Part shown: positions 1-9,921 of the stretch, one piece after another
How the letters are laid out: the number at the start of each line of letters is the position of its first letter
Numbering within the stretch: position 1 is the stretch's first letter
From: Candidatus Freyarchaeum deiterrae
GTDB lineage: Archaea; Asgardarchaeota; Jordiarchaeia; Jordiarchaeales; Jordiarchaeaceae
Direction of reading: 5' to 3'
NCBI GenBank assembly: GCA_037305845.1
Contig: CP147778.1
Coordinates: forward strand, 2,112,001 to 2,176,000
Length of the DNA stretch: 64,000 nucleotides
Position numbers and translations under genes: made by a program
The notes under the pieces: model-generated
Seen by the model: the letters and a program-made list of their open reading frames with translations, nothing else
The model's database searches: none
Told to the model about the DNA's origin: nothing

Positions 1-234
1 GCACCAGAGCCTTCACACGCGATTAAAGCTGCGGTTGACGAAGCACTAAAGTGCAAAGAAACTGGTGAGGAAAAGACCATATTCTTCCCACTGTGCGGAC
101 ATGGTTACTTTGATATGCAGGCTTACGACGATTACCACGCTGGAAAACTGGAAGCCTACGAGTATCCCAAAGAAAAAGTCAATGAAGCTATGAAAGAACT
201 TAGAAACCTCTATCCATGGATAAATGGTAAATAA
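1..234 (+). CDS. trpB2: TrpB2-like PLP enzyme (tryptophan synthase beta type 2), 3' end only
   Basis: Manual translation of frame 1: [42 protein letters not shown]...NGK*, a typical TrpB2 C-terminus; truncated by the window edge. Confidence 0.85.
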   Translation, partial: APEPSHAIKAAVDEALKCKETGEEKTIFFPLCGHGYFDMQAYDDYHAGKLEAYEYPKEKVNEAMKELRNLYPWINGK

Positions 235-582
235 ACCAAAATCTCAGACTATCAAAAACTCAAATATCTCTTTCAATTTAAATAGTAATTGTCTTTAACT
301 GCGTGGATGTTAGAAAAAACAATCCTAACTCCACAATTTTTTATTAATTTTTATTCTACCACGATAAGATATTGCGTGACTGGTTTTTAATTAATATTAT
401 TTTTTTATAGCTGGATATAAAGAGATACTAAACATTTTCAGTTAAACGCCTTCGATTAATGTTATTTTTTTGTAAAGAAACTTTTGAAATCGAAAATTTT
501 GTGGTGTTTATTAGGTTAGCTCGAATAAAACTAGTGAATACACGAATTCAAATCTTTAAACCAAAGAAACTTTAATGGAGGA

Positions 583-1065
583 ATGAAAATGTCTCAATTT
601 CAGATCCTTCGCGACCAAGCATTGGATATTTTAAAAGAAATTCAAGAAGAAAATCCTGCTATAGAATTCTCATCGCTCACCTACGCAGATGGTAGACTTT
701 TAGCCACCACTCTAACAGAAACAGAAAAAGTTGACAGATGTCTCATTGCATGCGCGGAAACTGTGGCATTTTACGTTAGCTCAAATCTGGCAAACCACTT
801 AATCCGAGGAGAAGTGAAAAAAATCTTAATAAGTGGAGACAAGGGAAATATTCTAATCCAAGGCGTAGGAAACTTCATGGTTCTTAGCACAGTCACCAAA
901 AAAGATGCTGGCATTAAAAAGGTTACTAACGGAATTGAAAAACACGTAGAAGACCTCAGAAAAATAGAAAAATCATACGGAGCTATACTGAAGCAGTATT
1001 ATCCCCCGCAGGAAAGCCTAATTTCTGCTTCAGACGCCGAAGAAGTTCCAATGCAAGCTGAATAA
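583..1065 (+). CDS. Roadblock/LC7 domain protein
   Basis: ADGRLLAT...RGEVKKILISGDKGNILIQGVG...VLSTVT pattern of the roadblock fold; GGAGG upstream. Confidence 0.8.
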   Translation: MKMSQFQILRDQALDILKEIQEENPAIEFSSLTYADGRLLATTLTETEKVDRCLIACAETVAFYVSSNLANHLIRGEVKKILISGDKGNILIQGVGNFMVLSTVTKKDAGIKKVTNGIEKHVEDLRKIEKSYGAILKQYYPPQESLISASDAEEVPMQAE

Positions 1066-1280
1066 AATTCGTAATTTAAAACATTATAGAAAAATAGCGG
1101 CTTCTATATTCAACCAGATGTAAAAAATTTGCGGCTTCCTAGGTTTGGCGAGTAAAAATTCTTGCCTTACCTAGTAATACCTTTTTACCAAAAAATCTCT
1201 TTTAGCGGATATCCATTCTAAGAGGGGGGAAAGCGACGAATTTGTAGATTCTATGATTCTTGATTTATTGGGACAGCGGA

Positions 1281-3335
1281 TTATGCTCTCTTCAAAAACC
1301 CATGTTTGGGCTCGAATAGAATTCCGTCGTTCTTTAACTGAGTCAAAGCTCGGTTAACAAAAGTGGCATCCATATTTTCCAATGAGGCTTTCTCTATGAG
1401 GGCTTCTACAGGAACTGGTGCGCCTGACTGTTCTTCTAATTTCTTGAGAATGTCCAGAATTGCTTCCATCTTGTCACGCTGGCTCTTGCTTACTCCAACG
1501 TATATACTGTCAATATCAAATAGTCCTTGTTCGTCTCTTCCTACTTGTCTCAGTGAGAACTGCATTAGCCGTATTACCGCTTCTGCGTCTTCCGGTAAAA
1601 CCTCGGCGTGTAGCGCCATGCGGGCTCTTGCCTCTGAAAGCCTTACTAAAGCTTCTAACTGGCGAGCGGTTATGGGTACTGGCGCTTCTGGCTGTTCGCC
1701 CATTTTTCTCATCTCCAAATAGAATCCCCTCAGCTTATCCGTCGCATTCTGAGACAATTTTGGATGAACATTCTTCCTGGCGTAGACGAAATACTTTCTT
1801 AAAAGGTCAGGTGGAATGGGAGGCGCTTTATCAAATGCTTGAGATCTATGTAGTGCTAGAATGTGGTCGGTCATCATCTTATCCTGCTCCTCCATCGGTC
1901 GATCCACAAGCACGAATATCAAGTCAAACCTAGAAAGAATAGTGGCAGGCAGTTTGAAGTTTTCAGCAACCGACTTGTAAGGGTTCCATCGTCCTAGTGC
2001 TGGATTCGCTGCTGCGAGTATCGCGGTGCGAGCGTTAAGTGTAGCTACAATTCCCGCCTTTGCAATGGACACGGTTCCCTGTTCCATCGCCTCATGGATG
2101 GCAACTCGATCCTGTTCCCTCATTTTGTCCATCTCATCTACACACGCCACTCCCCGATCTGCGATTACCAAGGCTCCCGCTTCTAAGATCAAGGTTCCGG
2201 TGTCTGGATCATGAAGAACCGCGGCTGTGAGTCCGGCGGCGGTGGTTCCCTTGCCTGAGGTGTACAATCCTCTGGGTGCGATACGCGCTACATATTGTAG
2301 CAGCTGACTCTTTGCTGTTCCTGGATCACCTACTATGAGTATATTGGCGTCCCCTCTTATTTTGACGCCGTCTTCCATTGTTTTTGGTTGTCCGCCGAAA
2401 AGCAGTAGGGCTACGGCTTCTTTGACGTTTTCCATTCCATATATGCTGGGGGCTATGGATCGGATTATTTTTTGGTATACGAAGGGATCTTCTGCCAGTT
2501 CTTTGATCTTTTTCTCATCCTCTTCAGTTATCTCCACTGTTTCGAGTTCTACCTCTGAGACATCTACGTTGTTTACTTCAAGAAAGCTTCTAAAAGTTAC
2601 GAGGCTTCCACCCCTAAGTGTGGTTTCTGGTGTTGAGTGTAATATTCCAGTTAGAGTGATTCTATCTCCGGGCCTTGCGGTATCCACGATGTCGTCGATA
2701 AGAATCGCGTCTAGGCTTCGGGGCAGTTGTCCTGGTGGTAGTTCTTCTGGTTTTTCCTGTATTCTTATTTTCTGCCAATCGATAAATTTTGATTCCTCTA
2801 TGATTAGTTTAAAGGGGCCTTTTCTTCTACACGAAGGATTGAAGCACTCCGATGGTTGGTTTATTTTTGTCTCTAGTTGCTTTGTAGGCATTACTTCACC
2901 GCATCTCTGGCAGATGAATACCGCTTCCACGATTTTGGGTTTCACTTCACTGGCTCTGGTGAGTATTCCACTCACCATTAATAATTGCCCAATATGCTGC
3001 GATCTAATCTTTCTGAGATTGACGTGATTTTCTTCGGGTAGTTTGGCTAAGCGAACATGGAAGTTTTCCACGCCCTCGGCGAATTCTGGATCCTCGCTTT
3101 CTATGATTCTTCTTAGCGATTGATCCAAATCGTTCATAGTTTTTTCCGGGTTTTCCAATATAGTCCTTGCCAATTCTGGATCAAATCTGATTAAGTCATC
3201 GAAACGGATAACTAAGCTCCGCTCGCCTGTTACCGTCATCTTCTGAATCTTTTCACGATACTCCATAGCGCCAGATTCTGCGCGATAAGTTTTGACGAAA
3301 GTTTGGAATCTTTCTATTGGAGCCTCATCCATCAT
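1281..3335 (-). CDS. mcm: Replicative helicase MCM
   Basis: Zn finger CQRC..C..C, Walker A GDPGTAKSQ, Walker B VCVDEMDK, Arg finger SRFD, C-terminal winged helix; no intein. Confidence 0.98.
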   Translation of the reverse strand: MMDEAPIERFQTFVKTYRAESGAMEYREKIQKMTVTGERSLVIRFDDLIRFDPELARTILENPEKTMNDLDQSLRRIIESEDPEFAEGVENFHVRLAKLPEENHVNLRKIRSQHIGQLLMVSGILTRASEVKPKIVEAVFICQRCGEVMPTKQLETKINQPSECFNPSCRRKGPFKLIIEESKFIDWQKIRIQEKPEELPPGQLPRSLDAILIDDIVDTARPGDRITLTGILHSTPETTLRGGSLVTFRSFLEVNNVDVSEVELETVEITEEDEKKIKELAEDPFVYQKIIRSIAPSIYGMENVKEAVALLLFGGQPKTMEDGVKIRGDANILIVGDPGTAKSQLLQYVARIAPRGLYTSGKGTTAAGLTAAVLHDPDTGTLILEAGALVIADRGVACVDEMDKMREQDRVAIHEAMEQGTVSIAKAGIVATLNARTAILAAANPALGRWNPYKSVAENFKLPATILSRFDLIFVLVDRPMEEQDKMMTDHILALHRSQAFDKAPPIPPDLLRKYFVYARKNVHPKLSQNATDKLRGFYLEMRKMGEQPEAPVPITARQLEALVRLSEARARMALHAEVLPEDAEAVIRLMQFSLRQVGRDEQGLFDIDSIYVGVSKSQRDKMEAILDILKKLEEQSGAPVPVEALIEKASLENMDATFVNRALTQLKNDGILFEPKHGFLKRA

Positions 3336-3405
3336 TATCTCCTCTTACGAAACTCAGTTAGTTTTAGTAGCTTTTTGGATGCAGGGTGAGTTTATTATCT
3401 ATGAT

Positions 3406-3990
3406 TTATTTCTCAGCAGTCTCCTTTTTAAAAGTGCGCAGTCCACTCTCCCAGCTTCGGATTAGACTGTTCAGTTTATCATAGAGCCATTTCTCCTCTT
3501 CGGTCATATTTTTTACCATTTCTGACCTACTTCCCCCCTTGAGAGCGATTTTCAGAATCTTAGATAAGCGCTGCGACATAAGATCTGTCACCATCCCCTC
3601 CACTTTCTCCTTCTCCGAGTCTTCCATACCGGGATCCTTGTAACACATTCTAAGCTTTTGGTAAAAATTCGGTTCGATTTGCTGAAGCTGAGGCTTGTTC
3701 GCTTCACTCCAAGACTGTTTATATAGTTCAGATACATTGAACTTAGTTTCCTCTTTGTATCTAACAACCCCCTGCTGCACCAGCTCAGCTGCCTCCCATA
3801 GTCTTAGACTCGTCTCCCTACCTTCCACAAATGGACCGAGAGTTCTATTACCAATCTGAATCTTTGGATAATCCTTGATGACAATGACCTTTACTAGACT
3901 GTTCTCAAACCTGAAAAGAAAGCGGGAAACATCAAACTGAACATCAAATACCGATTCACCGCCTGGCTCCAACAACAACACTCTCCTCAA
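3406..3990 (-). CDS. GINS complex subunit Gins23 (Psf2/Psf3-like)
   Basis: N-terminal beta domain (LGPFVEGRETSLRLWEA) followed by helical domain (RLSKIL...MTEEEKWLY); directly upstream of mcm, a conserved archaeal arrangement. Confidence 0.85.
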   Translation of the reverse strand: MRRVLLLEPGGESVFDVQFDVSRFLFRFENSLVKVIVIKDYPKIQIGNRTLGPFVEGRETSLRLWEAAELVQQGVVRYKEETKFNVSELYKQSWSEANKPQLQQIEPNFYQKLRMCYKDPGMEDSEKEKVEGMVTDLMSQRLSKILKIALKGGSRSEMVKNMTEEEKWLYDKLNSLIRSWESGLRTFKKETAEK

Positions 3991-4165
3991 AAACTCGGAA
4001 CTGGGAACTAAGCAAGTCTCCTTTCCAAAACCTTTCTCTAAAATCTACACGACTGCCTCTACTATTAAAATTTCCTTGTATCCTTTATAAACCCGTTCAT
4101 TCTACAGAATAAACTATAATAGAAAAGCTGCCATTATGTTACTAAACTTTCAAGGGAGAGGTTCA

Positions 4166-5593
4166 ATGTCTTCAACGACCTATCTAAAATGCACAGGCTG
4201 CGGTTCAGAGTATGATTCGTATCCCATACAAGCGGTTTGCAAAAAATGCGGATCAATTCTTCAATACCGTTATCCCTATGAAAAAATCGGGAAATCTTTC
4301 GAGGGTACTGGTTTCTGGAGGTACGCTTCACTCTTACCGGCGGTCAGTAAAGATAACATTGTAACCTTGGGTGAAGGGGGAACCCCTCTCCGACGGGCGA
4401 AAGACCTCTCCAAAAAGTTGGGTGTTAAAAATCTGCTTCTTAAGGATGAAACAATGAATCCCACAAATTCTTTTAGAGATCGCGCCGCTACCCTCATGAT
4501 CTCTAATGCACTAGACTTAGGGTACAAGGAAGTGATTTGCGCTTCCAACGGTAACATGGGTGCCTCAATCGCAGCGTACTCAGCTAAGGCGGGAATTAAA
4601 TCCAAAATAATTGTTCCCAAAAGAGTGGATCTGGGAAAACTGGCTCAGATGCACATATACGATGCGGAAATAATTGAAAAAGGCGAAATAGTTGACGAAG
4701 CTATACTAGAAGCAGAGAAGATGGTTAATGGAAACTATCAAGCCACACCCGAACTCAACCCGCTTACCATAGAAGCTCAAAAAACGATTTCGTTTGAAAT
4801 ATTCGAACAGCATGGAATACCCGACTGGCTACTAGTTCCCACCGGATCCGGGAGCACCGCCTATTCCATCTGGAAGGGCTTCCAGGAACTGAAGGCCTTA
4901 GGCATGATAAAAGAAGAGCCCAGAATTGTTGTTGTGCAACCTTCCGGATGCGCGCCAATCACAGATTCGTACAGACTTAATCGCGATATAGCGACTGTAG
5001 AGAAGCCAGAAACCAGAGCTTTGGCGTTACTAGTAGCGAATCCCGCCTACGGAAAGCTGGCACTCCAAGTCATAAGAGAATCTAACGGAACCAGCATAGC
5101 CGTTCCTGACGAAGAAACACTAGAAGCTGAGCGGCTACTGGCCAAGTCTGAGGGAATATTTGTGGAACCGGCAAGCGCCACAACCATAGCATCACTTCGA
5201 ACCCTAGTAAACCAAGGAAAAATATCAGAATCCGAAACCGTGGTTTGCCTAATAACTGCTACCGGTCTCAAGGCTCCCTACGTGCTTGAAGCACTTACAA
5301 AGGAGGAGTCAGAATCAAAAAAAGAAACCCTAGGACTACGCACCCGCGGCCAGGATATAAGCACCAAACTAAAAATACTCAGACTTCTAGATATGGGAGA
5401 ATCATATGGTTACGAAATCTGGAAAGCAACAAACAAGAAAATCTCTATACAAGCAGTATACCAACACTTGGATGAAATGGAGCAAAAAGAACTTGTAGAC
5501 TCCGCCACCAAGGAAAGAAGAAGATACTTCACAATAACCAAAAAAGGAAAAAGAGTACTCCAAGCCCTAGAAGAACTAATAGCGCTCCTATAA
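4166..5593 (+). CDS. Threonine synthase-like PLP-fold protein fused to a C-terminal PadR-like winged helix; PLP Lys replaced by Arg
   Basis: CxxC..CxxC N-terminus, TLGEGGTPL, NPTNSFRDR, ASNGN, PTGSG, EPASA; C-terminal ESYGYEIWK...VYQHLDEME...RRYFTITKKG. Start placed at ATG 4166 behind a purine-rich RBS. Confidence 0.85.
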   Translation: MSSTTYLKCTGCGSEYDSYPIQAVCKKCGSILQYRYPYEKIGKSFEGTGFWRYASLLPAVSKDNIVTLGEGGTPLRRAKDLSKKLGVKNLLLKDETMNPTNSFRDRAATLMISNALDLGYKEVICASNGNMGASIAAYSAKAGIKSKIIVPKRVDLGKLAQMHIYDAEIIEKGEIVDEAILEAEKMVNGNYQATPELNPLTIEAQKTISFEIFEQHGIPDWLLVPTGSGSTAYSIWKGFQELKALGMIKEEPRIVVVQPSGCAPITDSYRLNRDIATVEKPETRALALLVANPAYGKLALQVIRESNGTSIAVPDEETLEAERLLAKSEGIFVEPASATTIASLRTLVNQGKISESETVVCLITATGLKAPYVLEALTKEESESKKETLGLRTRGQDISTKLKILRLLDMGESYGYEIWKATNKKISIQAVYQHLDEMEQKELVDSATKERRRYFTITKKGKRVLQALEELIALL

Positions 5594-5648
5594 TAACGCT
5601 TTTGAATATTATCAAATGAAATTGAGAACAAATTAAACTCAGTGCTTT

Positions 5649-6464
5649 TTATTTCTCCAATGGAGTGACAAAAATTTTTTCTGGGAGTTTTTTCATAGCC
5701 GCCCCTACTATAGGAATCGCTATCATAATACCTAAGAGAATTTGGGCAACATTCGAGGGAATACTTGTAGCCGCCACTCCCAGGAAAAGCTGCTCATAAA
5801 GAAAATAACCTAGAATCATGCAGAAGCCCCCAGCAAGTATGGAGAAAACATTCCAGCCAATAGAAGCATCTATCTTAAAACCAAAATACAAGACCAGTAA
5901 TCCAATGTAGACCGCCGCAATCAACCACACTAATCCCGAAATATAAACTAGTATATACCACCAACCCCCCTGGAAATAATTTACGAATAGACTGTTAATC
6001 CACCACCAAGGGGAAATTCCTCCATAAATCTCAGCCAAACCCGATAAATAATTTACACCCACATACAGAACAAGACCAGCAACTCCTACACCCATGATTA
6101 TGTTGAGAGGCTTCCACCATCTCTGAACCGTGAGACGAAACCTGTATTCCAAGAATCCCACCACAAATCCTTCGACTCCTTTTATTAATAAAACTGCCAG
6201 AGCGTACTGCGTGAAACCTAGGAAGATGTTGGCAAGCATCGATCCAACTCCCCCCGCGAAGCCTCCTATAATTGGTCCGAAAAGTAAAGCAGAGACGAAT
6301 ATGATGCTATCACCCACATTAATGTAACCTTGAGTAAATGGGAGATATATTTGAAAAAACATCGTAGCAACGCATACTAGCGCAGTCATTAATCCAGTTA
6401 GAGCTATACTAAAAGAAATGGGAATTCTTGGCAGAGCCTCAATTATTCTCTCCTTTACAGACAT
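5649..6464 (-). CDS. ECF transporter S component (extended)
   Basis: ALVCVATM...GYINVGDSIIFVSALLFGP..GGFAGGVGS motif; multiple TM helices. Confidence 0.85.
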   Translation of the reverse strand: MSVKERIIEALPRIPISFSIALTGLMTALVCVATMFFQIYLPFTQGYINVGDSIIFVSALLFGPIIGGFAGGVGSMLANIFLGFTQYALAVLLIKGVEGFVVGFLEYRFRLTVQRWWKPLNIIMGVGVAGLVLYVGVNYLSGLAEIYGGISPWWWINSLFVNYFQGGWWYILVYISGLVWLIAAVYIGLLVLYFGFKIDASIGWNVFSILAGGFCMILGYFLYEQLFLGVAATSIPSNVAQILLGIMIAIPIVGAAMKKLPEKIFVTPLEK

Positions 6465-6557
6465 TAAAAACCTCCCAACATTTTCAGTTCTCTCCTAGAT
6501 GACATGTATCACCACTCTAAAGTAGTTATTCAGGCACTCCTATATTCAATTATAAAA

Positions 6558-7952
6558 CTAAACCACTACTATAAACACTAGGTCATTCACATTGGTTCCC
6601 GTTGGACCGGTGAAAATCAAGCCATCATCTATACCCTCAAAGAAAGCTGTAGAATTATTCCCAAAAAGAAAACTATTAGCGTCCAGTCCCCTTCTCTTGG
6701 ATTCCAAAATGGTTTGACCGTCTATAACAGCACCCGCCGCTTCGGAAAAGCCGTCGACTCCGTCACTGTCTATGGCTCCTATAGCAACACCCTCTACACC
6801 CACTAGCCTAAGCGCAGCACTCAAAGCTAACTCCTGATTTCTTCCACCCCTCCCCGAAGCTTTACCACGTACCGTGACTGTGGTTTCACCGCCCAAAATA
6901 ATTACAACTGGTTTTTTCCAAGGATTATTATGATACAAGATTTCTTTAGCAATTCCACTGACTAGAATACCTACATCCCTAGCCTCTCCCTCTAAATAAG
7001 TCGTTAACAGGGAGGAATTTAATCCTCTTCTCTGTCCCTCTTCCTGCGCAGCCATACATGCTATTCTATTTGTGGCGATAAGCAGATTAAACACCTTCTC
7101 GAACACCGGATTGCCGGGTTTAGGTGTCTCAGGATAATTTTCATTAAGACCCTCCTCCAGATGCTTCTTAACCCCATCCGAACAAGAATTCCAAACATTA
7201 AACTCCTTCAACACACTAATCGCATCTCTGTAAGTGGTGGAATCTGGTACCGTTGGACCAGAGGCAATGTTTTCTAGGGGGTCACCAACTACATCAGAAA
7301 TTATGAGGCTAATTACCGTGGCGGGATAAGCCGCCTTGGCAAGATTACCACCTCCAATAGCTGAGAGATGTTTACGCACAGTGTTCATCGATTTTATGTC
7401 AGCACCACTCTTAAGTAGAAGCGAATTAACCTCCTGCAGCTCCTCTAACGAAACCCCCTCCACTGGTAAAGGAACCAGAGCCGACCCTCCGCCCGAAATC
7501 AGGCATAAAACGATGTCATTTTCTCGAACACTTCCCACTAAATCCATTATTCTCTTAGCTCCCTCCAACCCGTCTCTATCAGGAACAGGATGCGCAGCTT
7601 CCACCAGTTCTATTTTCGCTGTCCTAAACCTGTCCTTAGTACCCCTAAGAATGTTCACACAACCCCCGCTGATTCTCTCTCCCAAGACTTCTTCAACAAC
7701 TTCCGCCATTGCGCCACTCGCCTTACCTCCCCCCACAACATAAATATCGCCAAAACTGCCAAGATCCCAGGTTTTCCCGCTAACTGCTAATCTGTCTCCC
7801 TCTAAAAGAAGACCTTTTCTCACAGCCAAACCGGGATCAGCGGCTCTAAGCGCAGACTCCATCAAACCCAGTACAATTTCTCTAGCCAGCCTATTCCTTC
7901 CCTTAGATTTCCCAACGAGCTTATCATGGTTTTTTATCATCGACTTTGACAT
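6558..7952 (-). CDS. Glycerate 2-kinase (MOFRL family)
   Basis: GGGKAS, HPVPD, LISGGGSAL, SDVVGD..IASGPT, GGETTV, GGRNQE, TGTNVND. Confidence 0.93.
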   Translation of the reverse strand: MSKSMIKNHDKLVGKSKGRNRLAREIVLGLMESALRAADPGLAVRKGLLLEGDRLAVSGKTWDLGSFGDIYVVGGGKASGAMAEVVEEVLGERISGGCVNILRGTKDRFRTAKIELVEAAHPVPDRDGLEGAKRIMDLVGSVRENDIVLCLISGGGSALVPLPVEGVSLEELQEVNSLLLKSGADIKSMNTVRKHLSAIGGGNLAKAAYPATVISLIISDVVGDPLENIASGPTVPDSTTYRDAISVLKEFNVWNSCSDGVKKHLEEGLNENYPETPKPGNPVFEKVFNLLIATNRIACMAAQEEGQRRGLNSSLLTTYLEGEARDVGILVSGIAKEILYHNNPWKKPVVIILGGETTVTVRGKASGRGGRNQELALSAALRLVGVEGVAIGAIDSDGVDGFSEAAGAVIDGQTILESKRRGLDANSFLFGNNSTAFFEGIDDGLIFTGPTGTNVNDLVFIVVV

Positions 7953-8070
7953 ATAATCTATTTTCGGCGTCCAAAATTAAGAAGCTTTTGCGAAAAATTA
8001 ACATTCCACCCTCACCATATAACTCAAAATATGGAAAAAGAGATTTCCAACTTCCATCCAGAATTTTGGA

Positions 8071-8319
8071 TTACTTACCACAAACGGGACATTTTCCGGT
8101 ATCCGCTCTTAACCGCGATATCTTCCTATTTGAAAGACAATTCGGGCAGATGAGCAACTGTGTGTGGCAGTTGGGGCACTCCCTCTTGGTAAGACATTCC
8201 ATACAGAGCTCAGCCCCACAACCCGGACATCTCATACCATGATCCTTACAAAAGCTTTTACGATGCCTCTTACATCTATAACGAGCGCGCTGAATGCAGT
8301 AGTCGCAATAACGAACCAT
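8071..8319 (-). CDS. Small multi-zinc-finger protein
   Basis: 82 aa with 14 Cys, mostly in CxxC pairs, plus CxxH pairs; GAGG upstream. Confidence 0.7.
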   Translation of the reverse strand: MVRYCDYCIQRARYRCKRHRKSFCKDHGMRCPGCGAELCMECLTKRECPNCHTQLLICPNCLSNRKISRLRADTGKCPVCGK

Positions 8320-8694
8320 AATAGAATTCCTCTGTGTTAGCCTTGGTCCGATTTTCGAAATTTTGGGTTTAGTTATGGCTTCTATGGATTTATGTTATAT
8401 AAATCTTTTATTTTTCGGTATTAGGTTCTTCATCCACATCAATTGAGTTTTTACAATTAATGTAGACTTTGCTATATGCTTCTGCTAAAAAATTAAAGAT
8501 AAGCAGTTTGCCTGCAATTAACTGGGTATGCGTCTGTTTCTAGAGTTGCTTTTTTTGCTGGCACTTTCACGATAAAACATAAATATTGCCTCTCCTTTCT
8601 TTAATTAGGATTCGGTTCAACTAATAGTGGTTTCTCAAGAAAATATAATTAGTATCCTAAATTAACGGCCGTTAGCCGCACTGAAGGTGTCGTA

Positions 8695-9036
8695 ATGGAA
8701 GATAAAGCATACGATTTGGTTTTAGAAGCTGGAAGCAAGGGCTTGCTTCAGAGTGACTTGTGGAAAAAGCTTGGTGTCAATAGTCGTGAGGGTTCTCGCA
8801 TATCCGTGAAACTTGAGAAAAAGGGTTTGGCGAGGAGGGCTAAGGAGCTCTACAAAGGAAGGTGGACATACCGTCTCTATGCCAGCAAGAATGAGGAAGT
8901 TCCAATAACCTGGAACACACTAAACAACTGCCCGTGCTTTATGTGCGTACAAATTACGCGTTGCGGTACGGCTCAACCAACCTCACCCATAAAATGCCAA
9001 AAATTAACAAACTGGATTACCAAAGAAGTTACTTAG
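8695..9036 (+). CDS. TFE-beta / RPC34-like protein (winged helix plus Fe-S domain)
   Basis: GLLQSDLWKKLG..SREGSR winged helix and C-terminal CPCFMC..C..SPIKCQKLTNWI cluster motif. Confidence 0.85.
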   Translation: MEDKAYDLVLEAGSKGLLQSDLWKKLGVNSREGSRISVKLEKKGLARRAKELYKGRWTYRLYASKNEEVPITWNTLNNCPCFMCVQITRCGTAQPTSPIKCQKLTNWITKEVT

Positions 9037-9081
9037 TTTTAAGACCTTTAACTCCTTAAAGTGGTTTAATTATTATAAATT

Positions 9082-9687
9082 TCAAATTTTTCTGAAATTC
9101 TTGGCTACAATGTACATTTCCGCGCTAGTTTTTCTGGATGCTTCCGGTTTAGTGGTTCTAACATAGCTGAAATATTGGCGAATTTCTTCTAGGAATTTTG
9201 GGTATTCACTTCCCTGAAAGGCCTTCATGACGAGGTTTCCTCCTTTTTTAAGGACTCTTCTGGCTATGTTTAATGAAGTTCTGGCAAGGAATACTTGTCG
9301 CTCATGGTCGACGCTCCAAATTCCGCTCACGTTGGGTGAACAGTCGCTCAAAACAACATCGAACTCTTCCGAAACGCTCAGAATCTTTTTCATAGTTTCC
9401 TCTTCAAGAATATCACCGCGGATAAAAGTCACGCCGTCTATATTCGAAACTCTGTTAATATCCACTCCCACAACAATTCCCTCATCCCCTAATTCCTCCT
9501 TAGTGATCTGTAACCAACCACCGGGAGCGCAGCATAAATCCAAAACAGCCTTCGCACCGCTTAAAATTCCATACTTTGCATTGAGTTGCCTTAGTTTATA
9601 AGATGCACGTGACCGATAGCCCTCCCTGTGAGCCTTGTAATAATAGTAATCCTTACGTCTCAGTTCAGTCGCACGCTCCGTAAATAT
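9082..9687 (-). CDS. rlmE: 23S rRNA 2'-O-methyltransferase RlmE/FtsJ
   Basis: Frame stays open upstream of the listed ORF (DYYYYKAHREGYRSRASYKL), then DLCCAPGGW, SDCSP, KPEASR..SAE; no ATG/GTG/TTG before the upstream TAA, so the start is uncertain (ATA 9687 or CTG 9663). Confidence 0.92.
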   Translation of the reverse strand: MFTERATELRRKDYYYYKAHREGYRSRASYKLRQLNAKYGILSGAKAVLDLCCAPGGWLQITKEELGDEGIVVGVDINRVSNIDGVTFIRGDILEEETMKKILSVSEEFDVVLSDCSPNVSGIWSVDHERQVFLARTSLNIARRVLKKGGNLVMKAFQGSEYPKFLEEIRQYFSYVRTTKPEASRKTSAEMYIVAKNFRKI

Positions 9688-9921
9688 TTAATTACATCTA
9701 TTGAAATTTGAGCAACTTAATAAAACTTCTTTCATTAAAGATTTAGAATCTATTGCCTTGTTAGACTTTTCTTAAACTTGTTCCATTCATTTGATTTTTG
9801 CAAATTTATTAAAAAAATATCAATTTATTTATAAGTAAGATTTTTAACCATGTCTCCTATATCGTTATTTCAACAACACAATCGACGGATTAACCAAGTC
9901 CTTTAATTTACTCCCTAGATT

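Noticed and set aside
1139-1174. Hairpin CTAGGT..GGCGAG..CTTGCC..ACCTAG between convergent genes as an ncRNA or SECIS
   Set aside because: No recognisable family motif and no Sec codon in the flanking genes; possibly a terminator-associated structure.
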